Positions 37,927-52,197 of a stretch of DNA of 64,000 nt are shown here, in pieces. The stretch covers positions 64,046,001 to 64,110,000 of the forward strand of contig OZ024745.1 of the NCBI GenBank assembly GCA_964016885.1. Reading direction: 5' to 3'. The stretch comes from Eledone cirrhosa (taxonomy: Eukaryota). Position 1 is the first letter of the stretch, and each line of letters opens with the position of its first letter. The notes under the pieces were generated by a model. That model did no database searches. It was given only the letters and a program-made list of their open reading frames with translations, and was not told the origin of the DNA. The position numbers were made by a program, and so were the translations under genes.

Positions 37927-40689
37927 ACCTGGGTATTTGTTGTTTTTGCCTTCTGTATGAATTTCATACGTTGTTTGTGCTATTTGTTCGCGGCCCTCTC
38001 AAAATTGAATACTTAGTTGACATTTTGAAACAATTCGTGTATCATTTACTACTGATTAGGTTAATTCAGACAAATGGACAAATGCTACCAACGTGCAAGT
38101 GAGAAAGAAAGAGAGAAAGAGAAGGCTGGGGTTATATGCTGAGGATAAGGATCATTTTGTCAGACGATATCGGTCGCTTATGTGACTGGTGCTCAACATT
38201 AGATCATAGTGACATGCACTTCTACGACATATATGCGACAGTCTGTATCCATAGTCAAATACCCAGATGACAGGAAACCAACAGGACTCCGCCTTAGTGT
38301 CAGATGACTATTAGTCAGACGACCTGTTCAACAGAATACAACGATTTTATGTCAGTGGAGAACAGATTTGGTAGGGGAATGGAATATGTTTCTTTGAATA
38401 TTCTGCTACACCTATAAGAATAGGAACTACTTCCACTTTCTTCTTCCAGAAAATTGCTTTCATTTTCTTCTTCCAGAAAATCTTTTTCATTTTCTTCTTC
38501 CAGAAAATTATTTTCACTTTTTTCTTCCAGACGGTTACTTTTAATTTCTTTAGAAGGAGAACACTATCTCACATTAATAAATAATCTATTCTGAAGTGTC
38601 CGTATATTTGTGTGTCTTAACGTCTTTAATTGATAACAAACATGGGCAAATAGTATCCCACGATAAGTTTCAATAAAAGAACAAGAAATCTCATCTTCTT
38701 TCATTTCTGACGGAAGCATGTGGGGCAAGTGTTAAAACAAATCATTTTGATATCAATGGAGAAAGCCCAAACACAGATCTCCTTCACAAATCTCACCATT
38801 ATCTTGGCAATGCACCAACTGAAAGAATTCATACGTAACATTTTAAAAAGCAAACGAAAATGGACATTTGATGCAATAAATCGGTATAGAAATCAAAGAG
38901 ACAGTGCAATTTTCATAATTCCATTAAGTAAAGAGAGAAATTGCCTGCGTTCCACCAATACCTCGGATATGTTGCGATGCGTGATCGAGAATGTATCAAT
39001 ACACACTGATATAAAAGATTTCTGTTACTCTAGAACAATGATTAGGTTGTTGCTATATTTACTACGGACAAGAATCTGTCTAAGTTTCAACATTGTCATT
39101 ACATGTACTTGAAAGGTACATTCCAAACAGGTCCATCTCCATATCCCTTTACAAGAAATTCTACAAAATTTATGGAAATTTCATGGACATAGTTCTCCCT
39201 TTTGAGATAGCCCAGCTAATCAGGAGAACAATTTGTCGTTACCGACAATGGTTACAAGTCCTGGAGAGAGAGAGAGATAGATGAAGCGTAGTCATAGATG
39301 ACTCTTAAACAAAGTGGTGTGAGATTTTGAGCAGATTTTTATCACTGCTGTGGACATTGGGCTGCCGACAGTCAATATTAATAGTGATTATTTTAATTCT
39401 GTTTGTTCGCAAGGTGGCGATTTTAGGAGTTGGAGCCGTATAGAAGATAATTGAGACATGAATTTTTTTCGAAAAAGGTATAACGAAAATTTCTCTTCAT
39501 TAACCATTTTAAGACAAAATTCCAAAATGTTGTACTGGATAGTGTCTCGTTCGATAGAATCCAGAATTGCAAGGCTTCATTCCATATACTGAAGGAAGAT
39601 TTCATGACAGCTGCCTGCCATTAATGTGTGATGTTAAGAACTGAAATGCTAACGCCCTCACGAAAATATATTTAGGATTTTCTTGGGAATTGTCACCAAT
39701 GAAGCAATATATGTTGTGAGAGTTAGATATGCATTGCTCTGAACATTCCTTCGTGCCAGCAGTTCTCAAAGCTGAAACTCCAAGAAACATCAAGTAGAAA
39801 AATATTGTAAACACTAATACAAATACAGAATAGACGATATAAAATAGTGGAGAGGACCTTAGGCGAGTTATGGAAGGACATCTCATACTGTATAATACAG
39901 TGTAACTAACTTTCAGTACTCGTATCTAGTACAGAATTTTATAATATTCAAACACTACTGAAATACTAGCAGCACTGAATCCTACACGATTTTCTTACTC
40001 TCGCACATTCTAACAAACGAGCCTACCCTAGCAGACCTGGCATTTAACGCTGCGGTAAACGTTTGACCTGTACTTTGTTCTGCTCTTTAGTGAGAGAGAC
40101 ATTGACAACACACTGCATTCAACTGTCCTTTTGACATAAATTGCTTTTCTCTTACACTGTATAATTTTTCACAAACATAAGGTGCTGCGTTGTGAAAGAA
40201 AGAAAATAGGTTGCAAAGTTTACACTTTTCCAAATGTTCTATGAAGACACATCTGAAGTTCTAATTCTTCTAATATATTTCTATTCACATCTAGTAATCA
40301 TTCTTGTAAGCATTACTTGTCTTACTTTATTTTGTCGACACTGGAAATATCAAAATTGACCTTGGTGAAATTTTGACGAGGATAATAATTAAATACAGCT
40401 AGGTATTTTTGTCCGACACTCTACTGATTTTGCCTGTTCATCCCTAAATTTGATTCCACCAGTTCCGAAAAGCAGATCTCCACCAAGCGGACAGGGGGGG
40501 GGGGGGGCGTGTTTATTATTCCTGGGGGAAATAACAACAAAACATATCATTTTGTTTATAAGAAATAAAAACATATTGGATAATGTAGTTTTAGCTACAC
40601 TGTGGCAAAATAAGTCGGCCAGCCACAAGTCTTTGACTATAAGTATGCTCAATTAGGTTTGACCTAAGGCTAAATAATGTTTTCTGATT

Positions 40690-41114
40690 CAGGCACAAGG
40701 CCAACAATTTTAGGGGAAGGTGAAGCCTATTGAATCGATCCCAGTGTGTTACTGGTACCTTATTTTATCAACCTCATAAGGATAAAAGTCAAAGCTAACC
40801 TCGGCGGGATTTGAACTCATAACGTAAAGGGTTACAACAAAGCATACTGCCCGACGCTCTACCGATACTGCCAATCCATCACCCTTCCTCAGGCTAAATA
40901 ATGGTTTTTGAATTAGGCACAAGGCCAGCAATTTTGAGAGCGGGGAAAGTCGATTAAATTGGCCCCAGTGCGTTACTACTACTTTATTTTATTTACACCG
41001 TAAGGATGAAAGGCAAAGCTAACCTCGGCGGGATTTGAACTTAGAGCGTAGAGGTCCATAATACTATGTCGTGAAGCATGTTATCTTACGCACTACCGAT
41101 AGTGCCAATCAACC
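40690..41114 (-). mobile_element. Two adjacent SINE copies
   Basis: ggcacaaggcca..aacctcggcgggatttgaact..ctaccgata.tgccaatc occurs twice. Confidence 0.8.
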
Positions 41115-41197
41115 GATCACACATCGGCTACTTTAACCAAACGCCCAAGATTCCAAGGGAAATTACTCATTTTTCTGTATTTAGGATTATTTCCCTT

Positions 41198-41276
<79 letters not shown>

Positions 41277-41534
41277 CCATCATGTGCTGAAGAGTTAAAT
41301 TCGAAGCAAATCAAATGCACGAGCCAATTTCAATTCTTATTGCTAATATTTCTGGGGAATTTTGTCAAGGACCACTTTAGGAGAAGCATGAATGTAAAAA
41401 ATTCACAATTTATCGTCAATATATCAGTAAATATCATTATAGCGGCAAAAATATATGAATTGAATTATCTCCCTTGTACCACACACTCAACATTTTTATA
41501 AACGATATCTGATTAAAATTATTTTTTAATCTCA

Positions 41535-41881
41535 TTAGGACGCCTTGCTTTGACGCATAGAGTTACGGTCCTTGCCATTCTGAGTTCAAATCCCTCCGAG
41601 GTTAACTTTGCCTTTCATCCTTACGGGGTCGATAAAATAAAGTACCAGTAATGCACTGGTTAATTGCTGGCCTTGTGCCAAAAAGTAGAAACAATTAATT
41701 TCAGGTAGAGCGTCAGACAACATGCTTTGCAGCAAAGAGTTATGGACCTTTACGTTCTGAGTTCACTTCCTGCCGAGTTCAATTCCTGCCAATTTTGCCT
41801 TTCATCCTTACGGGGTCGATAAAATAAAACACCAGTAAAGCACTGGGGTAATTGCTGGCCTTGTGCCAAAAGTAGAAACAA
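41535..41881 (+). mobile_element. Two adjacent SINE copies
   Basis: Same core and tail as 22160-22329, twice. Confidence 0.82.
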
Positions 41882-42602
41882 TTAATTTCAGTGTAACAAA
41901 TTTATGAGGAAAGATACTGTCAACTAAGTTGGCCCCAGTATTTGATTGCTACATATTCATTGTTTTGCTTATTGTAACCCCAGTTTAGTTCTGATTGCGT
42001 ATATCCATGATCAAAGATGTTTAGCACCCCTTTTTAGAGGTAACATTATTTATTGACTGCTTTTATATACGACATTAAGGGTGTGATTTGAGAGCATTTG
42101 GTGACTATTTTTAGCATATCATGTAGCGACTCCTTCGAAAATCAGGTAAAATTGAAGTGAAATCATGAAGGGACAAAATAAAATGCTCCTCGCTACATTG
42201 TGTGTCGTGAGCTTTACACATTTTGCACTCATTGTTGCCTTGAGAATTTCTTTTTTCATGGGTGGAGTTAATTAAATTGACTAGGTACATGACTGGTCCA
42301 TTATTTTATTGACCTAAGAAGGGTTGATATCGGTGCTATTTGAACTCAATACATAAAGTGTCGTGACTAAACACGGGGTCGGATTAACTTAGTAGAAGGG
42401 GTACCCAATGATATTGGCACTGCAATTTCAGAGGCCCCGTGATAAGTACTCTCTTACAGACTACGAATTTTATAAACGTCTGACTTGATACAATACTCAG
42501 AATATTTCAGAGACCAAATAACTTTAAATTTGACAAATTACAATTATGAAATTGAATTGCATTTTTCTTTATTTCGATGCATTGAATTCGTCATGCAATG
42601 AT

Positions 42603-43083
42603 GTGGATTGGCACTATCGGTAGAGGGTCTGACGCCATGCTTTACTGCAAAGAGTTACGGCCCGATTATGGTCTGAGTTCAAATCCCTCCGAGGTTAACT
42701 TTGCCTTGCATCCTTACGGGGTCGATAAAATAAAGCACCAATAATACACTGGGATAATTGCTGGCCTTGTGTCAAAACGTAGAAATAATTATTATTGTTA
42801 CGGCCCTTTACGTTCTAAGTTCAAATCCTACCGAGGTTAGCTTTGCCATTCATACTTAAGGGGACGATAAAACAAAGTACCAGTATTTCACTGATGTCTA
42901 TTTAATCGATTTTCCCCTCCCCACCGAAAATAGTTGGCCTTGTGCCTAAATCAGTAGAGGGATGGACGCCATGCTTTCTAGCATAGTTACGTCTTTCGTG
43001 GCTTTCATCCTTACGGGGTCGATAAAATAAAGTACCAGTAATGTACTGGGTAATTGCTGGCCTTGTGCCAAAAGTAGAAACAA
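42603..43083 (+). mobile_element. Three adjacent SINE copies or partials
   Basis: Same head, core and tail motifs at ~42603, ~42800 and ~42952. Confidence 0.82.
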
Positions 43084-44644
43084 TTAGTATCTGAAACTTC
43101 CTGTGAATTCTTCTTTCCCAAATCATGCCGAGTATCAATCTAACACCTGAGACAAAATTGTTATATATCTATATATAATACTGATTTCTAGTTTCAGTAC
43201 AACACTTAAATTTGAAGGAGGGGAGAATGATGTAGATTACAATATGTAATATTAAAACATCGACTTACTTTTGCTGAGCCCTTTAACTCCTGGTGGACTA
43301 GTATGATTGCCTTTGCACTATTTTGCGTGTCTTCTTCCTTCCGTTCTTAGAGCAACCAATATCTTCAACATTAAGAGAAACGTGAAAATGAAAGGTTGTC
43401 TTTTATTGGATTGAATTTTATTTATTAGACATGAAAGTATGAAAGGCAATGTCGATTCGGGTAGGATTTGAGTTTATGCAGGAGTGAACCATAGCGAATA
43501 ACACAATACACGTTTTGTCAGACACTCTTGCTCGTCCAACTTACTGCCATAGTATTTACCTTATCGATGCCGACGAAATAAAGACTTAAGTTGACTTTGA
43601 CATAACGTGTACGAACTAGACATAACCAAATATCATAAATCCGGGGAATTTACTGCTTCTCCTACTTTCGGATTATGAGAAGCGTTTGCGTTTACAGCAC
43701 CCATGACTTTTAGGAAATGGCCAACGCGATATGGGGCCATTAAACAAAGCTTTCTTTCTACAGGATGTAATGAAATGTATAAAAGATGATGGCTAATATT
43801 CAGCTACAGTGGAGCACAAACAGTTCGAGATACTCACCACAGACATAGAAATGCCAACTACAAAACTAGTCAGAAATCCGCCAGGGTGACCAAACTGTCC
43901 TGCATTAAAGATTTATGGGCATGTATCGAACAATTGTTATTACATGTAGGACAGATCCCGCTATCAGCCAGGTCTATAGTAAAATTTGAATCCTCATCTT
44001 CTTTTAGAAGGGATAGCGACAAGTCTTCTAACGGTGAAGGAAGCTGTATTGTGGACACGGCTAAATTATATGAAGACAGGTTTCTTCCTTTCTGGCCAAA
44101 TCCTTATTTACTCCACAGTCTGTGTTGGCCATCATGTTTTGCCAACACTTAGATATTCTTTGTGGTTTTAATTGCAGAATCGTCGTCATTTTCAAAATGT
44201 TTTTCCAATTCTTCCGCAAACTTCTTAATTTCGTTTAAGAATGAATGTAACCTCTTCTTCCTTTCGGAATCTGCATCAATTTTCATCATCCAGTCACCTG
44301 TGATTTTAAGGTACTGATCGATTCCAATGGTCGATATTCTGTATGGCAGGTCGAGCTGCAATGTTCAGTATATCACACGAGCGTGTGTGCGTTTGTCTAT
44401 AAGAAGCGTTCCTCTCACTTTCACTGTCGATTTTTTTCTTCCTCCACCCGGCATCTACATCTCAACGTTACTACTTTTTCTTCCCACCGATACATTTATC
44501 CCTCACATTCCCGCCCATCAAAACACTTCCCTGTCACTTTCCCTCGCACCAAAATTCCACCCGTCTCTCTTTAACCCTTCTTCCATCCACGTCACATACA
44601 TACGCATAATAATCACATCAATTTCTAACAGAAGCAGATGATAT

Positions 44645-45007
44645 TGTAATTTATGGGCGAAGTATAGTCAATTGAACCTATAGCGAAGATACTGGGTTGT
44701 ATGAATGTAACAAAACGAGACATGGTTTGTGTGTATAATATTTAATCAAGCATTTAACAGTATGGTTGACATGTCAAAGTAATAGATGATAGAATGAAGC
44801 AAAGTTAGTAGTTACCGTTTTGATTGCCAGGCAAACGCGGCTGGCAGAAGACGCCTGGCGAAAGCCAGGCGCCGGAAGGGCAAATGAGAGAGAGAGAGCC
44901 GAAGGCTATTCGTTTTATAGGGCTCTGACCGGAAGTTACAGAAAGGGTTCTACTTCCCGTCTAGATGTTAATCTATTGGGGTCACAACAAGGGAGACAAC
45001 CGCTACA
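44645..45007 (-). mobile_element. Possible solo LTR
   Basis: TGTA...TACA termini, minus-strand CTATAAAA upstream of ATTAAA; no target-site duplication seen. Confidence 0.35.
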
Positions 45008-45205
45008 AACCTATTCAATAATTTGATTGCTATGAATACCTAACTTAAGAGTCACAAACTTATTTTTAATATAGGTACAAGTCTAGAACAATTTAATGGA
45101 TACTCATAGTACTTGACAGATACTTAAGCAGTCATCCTCAATTAATTATGTCGCTAACTTACCCTTCTCAAGAATACTAACGATTTTGTGACGTAAATGT
45201 TTGTT

Positions 45206-45610
45206 ATTTATGGTTATCACCAAACTTCCTCAATCCGGCGTTAAATTAATTCCGCTGTGTATATTAAAATTTCTAAATTTTAGGACAGCTGATACATATG
45301 ACAATAAATCATTGTCTCATTCATTTTATATTATTATTTTTTTTAAATATCTAATTTAAACCATATTTTAGAGTAATATGTTTGCGATCAATTTACCTTG
45401 AGCCAATTTATGGTTATCATCAAACTTCCTCAATCCGGCGTTAAATTAATTCCGTTGTGTATATTAAAATTTCTAAATTTTAGGACAGTTGATTCATATG
45501 ACAATAAATCATTGTCTCATTCATTTTATATTATTTTTTTTTTTTAATATCTAATTTAAACCATATTTTAGAGTAATATGTTTGCGTTCAATTTACCTTT
45601 GAGCCAATTT
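45206..45610. repeat. Two-copy ~200-bp tandem duplication
   Basis: atttatggttatca..gagccaattt repeated from 45206 and 45406. Confidence 0.9.
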
Positions 45611-46115
45611 GTCTGTCAATCAACATGCTCCCAGTAACGTATTTCCGACAATTAAATGTTTTTTCTTCATTTGATTGTGTTCAATACGATTTTAATTCTG
45701 GGATACACAATGGTTTGAAAGAACAGCCAAGGAGAGGAAATTGTGGAACAATATACAGGGGAGGGGAAAGCATTTCTGAGTTGGGGGAGACAAATTTGGT
45801 TAATTTAGTTGTAGTGATTAGTTTAGCTCTCTGCACTTTAAAATGTTCAGAAAACATCGATATACAATAAACATAACATGTACATAAACTATAGCGCATA
45901 TCCAAATATATTTGTGCTTTAGTAGTTTGGGGAGAAAAGTATAATTATTGGGGGGGGGGGTATGGCCCCCTGGCATACCAGTTCCACCGCCCTATATATA
46001 TATAATTTTTTTAAAATAAGCTTTGTAGCCTTTGCTATGAGAATAATATATCAAGTTTCTTCGCATTTAGTAAGAAACTGGTATTATACCCAATTTATTC
46101 ATCTCCTATATATAT

Positions 46116-46335
46116 ATATTCATTTATTATGGCTATTGGTGAGCTTTGTTACTCTAAAGTTTCACCTGCGTACTCACAGGATCACCTGTTTTGTCTGATG
46201 GTCGTGTGAGTACGCAGGTGAAACTCCAGAGTAACAAGGCTCATCACTTAGCCATAATAAATGAATATGTAAACTCTACTTCCGTATTGAGTTTTCATTC
46301 TTACGTCCGTCAATATTCACGTACTCTCAGGTATT
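46116..46335 (-). mobile_element. Solo fold-back of a probable PLE 3' end with hammerhead-like motif
   Basis: Inverted repeat 46116-46178 / 46205-46268 next to a short (TA)n; ttgt-CTGATGG-...-GAAA-ctc(ca)gag-TA-acaa at 46191-46237 (+). Confidence 0.6.
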
Positions 46336-46966
46336 AAATAATCGACCCACCGCACCCCGCTTATTAATTTTTCAGATGTTTACGTCCCACCTCCAACCGC
46401 TTGTTAAATTTTGTTAATCTATCTCCAGCAAAGTGATTCATATTAATACCCAATATACAACATTCTATCATAATCCCCCTCTGTTTATTAATCACCACTA
46501 CACTCTTCCTCTCTCTATATCTATTATACAACACTCTCTCGTAATCGTTCTCTCTCTATCCATCACAAACTGCCTCTTTATATCTTTTACGACGCTGTCT
46601 CTCCCAATCCCCCTCAGTATATTTAACAATATTTATCTCTCCCAACCCGTTTCTATCTACAAGCATTGAAATAATCCCTTTCTATATCTACTTTATGAAA
46701 CTCTCTCCCAACCCCCCTCTCTATATCTACCATACATCACTCTCATTCCCTCTCACTCTATCCATCACTACCAAACTCTCCCCCTCTCTCTATATATTAA
46801 TACATATCTCTATCAATCCTCTCACACTATTCATTGCTCAATTTAATAGCATTGTTTAGTTTAACCCCTTGCCTGGGCCTTCAGACGTTGAGTCAACTAA
46901 TTTTCGCCCTTTCTGGGGCAAAATTTTCATTTTCATCTCAAAACTGTGTAGACTTGGTAGTCAGCA

Positions 46967-48636
46967 ATGGATGCCATTTCAACCTCGCACACTGTCGTGA
47001 GTGCCACGTTCACTAAGAAAAGTGGTGGAGGGAAGGTAGGAGTACAAAGCTTGCAGCCTTCCCCCCTCGCATTATCGAAAAACGTTGAAAATAATACCAG
47101 CACCAACAACAAGAACAATGACAATAACACCACAACCAACAACTGCAACACCAAGGAAAACATGAACAATATTACCAACAGTGACAACAACAGCAGCAAC
47201 AAAAAAGATAACAACACCAAAACAACGTTCGCACAGACTGTAAAAACGAACTATACACGCCAATTGACATAACAAATGCTAAACAACTACTACAAGACGC
47301 AAAACAATTCGTGACTTTTGGCGAAAACGGTGCTTTTAGCATCAATTCTCCACAGGAATTACGTAGAGAGGATGTCCTGAAAATTGTGGTTTTCAGGACA
47401 ATATCGAACGAAACAAGAAAACCAGCTCAATTATCACAAAATGAAACTGAGCTGGTTTTAAAAGATGCAATGAAAGACATAACCTTCATACAAAAAGGTA
47501 AACTGTTTGGTAGCATTTCGGTGCTAATGAACAACCAGTCAACAGCACAAAAATACTCGGTATCACCCATTGTGTCCCCCCGTTTCACCTTTTTTCCCAC
47601 ATACAGGGGAAAAAGGACACAAAGAATAAAAATAATGAGTATCACACCAAATGTAAATATTTGGTGGATACTATGTGGAATCATTGACTTTGATGAAGAC
47701 AAGATAATTTCAATAGGAAAGTCCTCCGGAGGTGTATTTGGTGGGACCAACGTAGAAGTTCTGGTGCAAATGAGCCCAGAACGAATAGCGAATATCCCAC
47801 AACGCGTGCCTCTGGACGGGCTAACTTATATAAACATTTCAGTGGAGGGAAGGCGGCCGTCATGTTACCACTGCTTAAGCAGGGGTCACCTGAGGGCTGC
47901 CTGTCCTCAATTAACGAGTAAAAAAAAAGGCTCTTCTGCCAACCCCGAACACAACAACACAACCACCACCACCACCACCACAACAACAACAACAACAACC
48001 ACAACAACACGGAAAAATAACAACACAAAACACTGTTCCACCCAACCCCTCCCCACCTAAAACAAATACAAAAGCAACCACAACAAAACCCCAAAATATA
48101 CCCCTCCCCAACAACACGGAAGAGGATTCCGTATCAACGTCACCCAGTGACGACAAGGGAGAACCCTTTCAACAGGTGAAAAGGAAAAAAAAAGGCACCA
48201 CATTAACAAAAATACTACAAACACACAACCACCAGCACAAACAGAACAAACATCACAAACAAAAAAACCCACCCCTCCCCAAAACATAACACATACTACA
48301 AAACGCAAACACGCACAAGAACAACAAACAAAAAAAAACACAACACAACAAAAACTCTATACATACATTAACAAGAACAATAAAACTTTGATGAAAGCAA
48401 TAGAAAATAACCCTTCGGTGGAAACCGAAGGGATCACTTTCACCTACGCAGCGAACAAACCGCACCTAATGATGATTAGGGTCCCAACGGAAACCTATGT
48501 AACTTTGAAAAAGAACCATCCAATGCATGTGGGGACCAACTGCACTAAACCACTTAACCACGTCCTATTGAGGTTTCCCCACCCCCACACCAGACACCCA
48601 CACCCCACCAAACACCCTAATCCCACCACACACTGA
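46967..48636 (+). pseudogene. LINE ORF1 (zinc knuckle, N/T-rich tracts), broken
   Basis: VEGRRPSCYHCLSRGHLRAAC; split across ORFs 46967, 47311 and 48388. Confidence 0.8.
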
Positions 48637-48775
48637 TGTCCTCACCCCACCACAAACCACCACCCCACCAAACAACCCTTCCAACACCCCCATGGAAATT
48701 GTGCAGCCTGGTCCCCAGGAGACGAAGAGGTAAGTAATTTCCTTTCCTCTTCCTTTTTAACTCTTCAGCACCAAC

Positions 48776-51700
48776 ATGGCCAATATAAGAGTTGGATGTG
48801 TGAATGCACGCCGCCTGGGGATGTCCTGGAAACAGGGCAAACTCTTAAATGACCTCAGGTCGCACAGAGTGGATGTAATGGTTATTTGCGAGTCCAGGAT
48901 TAGCAGCGAGCGCCAACTGGCCCCCATCTTCGACGACTTTGAGATCTACGCATCTCTGTCAGCCGAGGGGTGGGGGTGGGGTTGTCGTTCTGCTGCGAAA
49001 ATACCTGGGTCTTGCCACACAGAAGGTACACCTGGACGCGGAGGGTCGACTGGTGGTTCTAGACGTCGGCAGTGGTGAAGGTGGAGCTTTCAGGCTGGTG
49101 GCAGTGTATGCCCCATCTGGGACACCGCGACCGGACTTCTTCCGACGCCTGGAGAATTTCCTGGGAACGTCTCGCTCCTTGCTTTTAGTGGGGGACTGGA
49201 ATGGTATCCTGGATGCACGTTGGGACTATGTAGGGGCATGTCCCGATAGAGGGGGGTATAACAGCCTCAAACGATTAATCGGCCGATCTGATCTGGCCGA
49301 TAGATATCGACTAGATTTTCCGACTGTGCCACTGTGGACGTGGACTAATCGTAGCGGAACATCTAGGTCGTACCTAGATAGGTTCCTAGTTAGAAATAAG
49401 GATAGGGACATATTAAGCTGTCCACGAATGTTCATGGTTGACTATTCGGATCACAAGTTGGTAACCGGAGTGGTCAACCTTGATAGAACTCATAGACAGG
49501 GACCCGATTACTGGAAGCTAAACTTGTCTTTACCGACAAACAAAGCTTACAGTAAGCGGATTAGCACACTAGTTAAGCAGCGTTTGACGGGGGCAATTGT
49601 CAACAGCAGGTGGTGGGGCTCTCTCAAGAGAGAAATTAGAATAGAATCGATAGGTTTTAGTCGGGAATTAGCATCAGATAGGAATAAAACTGAAAGGGAA
49701 TTAATAAATAGAGTAGAAGAGGCGATTAGGAGTGGCAACGTGGCCGGCGTGCTGGCGTCAAGAACGGACCTGGACTAGTTCTTTGATGCGAAGCACGAGG
49801 GCTGCGTTGACAGGAGTAAAATACGTGCTCTGGGTAACGAGGGAGCCAAAGCTGTTATCTGGGCCCGAGTGACAGAGGCAAAAAGTGGAAACAAGTCCAC
49901 GATTCGGTCTTTGAAGGACCAGGATGGACGCGTGACCCTTGAACCTGAGCGGATGAGCGCGGCCTTTCAACGGCGCTTTGCACGACTGTTCGGGAGGGGC
50001 GGCGGGCCGGGTGGGGCCATGAATTTCGGTCCATACCTCGACGGTCTGGCGCGGCTCTCGGACGGGGAGGCGAAGTCCTGCGAGAGGCCGATTTCAGCCG
50101 CTGAAATAGGGGAAGCGCTCAGCCAATGCGGCAAACGCAAATCTCCGGGTCTCGATGGTCTACCATACGAACTTTATGTAGCGATGCCGGGCTTGTTCTC
50201 CGGTCTCCTCGAGGCGGTTTACTGCAACTGGCAACAGAACGGGAGAATTCCCAGTTCTGTGACCAAGGGCGTAGTCACGCTGGTGAGGAAGGACGAGAAC
50301 AAGGGGGATGACATAGATAACTTCAGGCCCATAACTCTGCTAAACACAGAGTTAAAGATTTTGGCCAAGGTGTTAGCGAAGAGGTTGGCGCTTGTCGTCG
50401 GGAACCTGGTGGGAGAAGCGCAGACATGCGCAATCCTGTCCAGGTCCATACACGACAACCTCCACCTCATGCGATACATCGTAGAGAGGGTAGGGAACGA
50501 ACCCGGCTTTGGTGGGGCCCTGATCAACTTGGATCAATCTAAGGCGTTCGATAGGGTTGACCATCGGTACCTGGATGCGGTGCTCGCGGCGGCAGGCTTC
50601 GGACCCGTTTTCAGGGGCTGGATTGCTGCAATGCACAGCAGCAACACCTACTCGAGGGTCAAGGTGAACGGCTACCTTTCGGAGCCGTTCCAAATCACGC
50701 GAAGCATCCGACAGGGATGCCCTCTCTCCTCCCTCCTGTATGTGCTGGTTCTCGAGCCACTACTGCGGAAGCTGGAGCTGTTGCAGGGCATCCTCTTGGA
50801 ACCGGGATTGCGGAAAGCGGTGTCGGCCTACGCCGATGACGAGACAGTAATGGTGTCGTGCGCCTCGGAAATCGGGCAGATCGGCACCTTACTGGAAGAA
50901 TATGAAAGGTTCACAGGAGCCAAGCTGAACCGGGACAAGTCCGTCGGTTTGCAACTCGGGACGTGGAGGGGAAAAACGATGCCCTCCGACGGCTGGAGGA
51001 CGCTGGACGGAGGGACCGGTGAAGCTGCTCGGGGTCTGGTTCAGACCGGACCTCCAGGTAGAGAAAAACTGGGACGAGGTAACGGGCAAGGTGTTTGCAC
51101 TCGCCCAGAAGTGGGCCGAGTGCAAACTATCCCTGAAAGGTCGAGCGGAGGTGGCGAACGCTTATATAGCGTCCGTCATCTACTACCGCTTGACCGTCGT
51201 GCCTTGCCCAGAGAAAACACTCGCCAAAATGGAGCGCGTGCTCTTCCGATTTCTTTGGAAGAAGCGGGCTCCTTTGGTGAGAAGATCCATCTGCTGTCAA
51301 CACCCTTCGAACGGAGGGCTGGGGATGCCGTGGCTGACGATGCGTAGACACGCATTAAGGCTACAGCACCTCCAGGTATTCCTCACCGGTCAGCCGGTGT
51401 GGGCCCTGTTTGTGAGGCGAGCCTTTCCGAGACTCGTCTCACTCACCGAGCTGCAATCCTGGGTCAAGCAAAGACCGAGAAAAGTGGGCGACTGGCACAT
51501 TGAATGTGCCCAGGCGCTCACGGCCCTCTGGCAAGCGGATCCGGCAATCAGTGGAGACTCAACATCAACATTCTATAGAGGGTTGGTGCGCAGTAAGTGC
51601 GACGACGCTCTCGGAGAGGCTCTGGGCATGGAGGAAGATGAGCTGGCCAGTCTGTTCGGTAGGACGTTTGGCCTGGGACCGATGGACAACTTCCAAAAGT

Positions 51701-52197
51701 CCCTGGCTTGGCAATGTTACCGAGGAGCTCTACCCGTTCGGGACAAGCTTTACAGACACGGGCGCCCGGGTAGGGACCCCTCGAAGAAGATCTGTTCGAG
51801 ATGCATGCGTGACGAGGAAACCGTCGCACACGCATTCGTACACTGCCCGGGCGTTGCTGACCTGTGGGGCTATGTGGAACGACTACTGTCGCGAGTGGGA
51901 CCAATCCGGTTGACCACCGAGAACATTGTCACGATCAAACCGCCTCCCCCTTTCAAAAACGAAGGGGAGGCGGTTTTCCTCTGTGTGATAGCTATGGCGA
52001 AAGAAGTTGTATGGTGGACAAGGTTGAAAGGGCTGAGGTCAGACACCTTTCTCTCCGGCCAACAACTGGTCTTTTTTTCAAGTACCACTTTAGAAGAAGG
52101 ATCAGAATGGAGAGAGAGGTGCAAGTTTTATGAAAGGTGGGTGAAAGTAGCGAGAATGGCCCGAGTGAATGGGCCTTCTCTCTATATCAGCCTGTAG
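48776..52197 (+). pseudogene. LINE ORF2: AP endonuclease, RT and C-terminal zinc finger, with frameshifts and a stop
   Basis: GCVNARRL, VYAP, VGDWN, SYLDRFLV, SDHK, KSPGLDGLPYE, FRPITLLNTELKILAK, LDQSKAFDRV, IRQGCPLS, AYADD, GGLGMP, CSRC..ETVAHAFVHC. Confidence 0.93.

Noticed and set aside
38700-39900. Possible very old LINE remnant or host exon
   Set aside because: Only faint RT-like hints; cannot be supported by eye.
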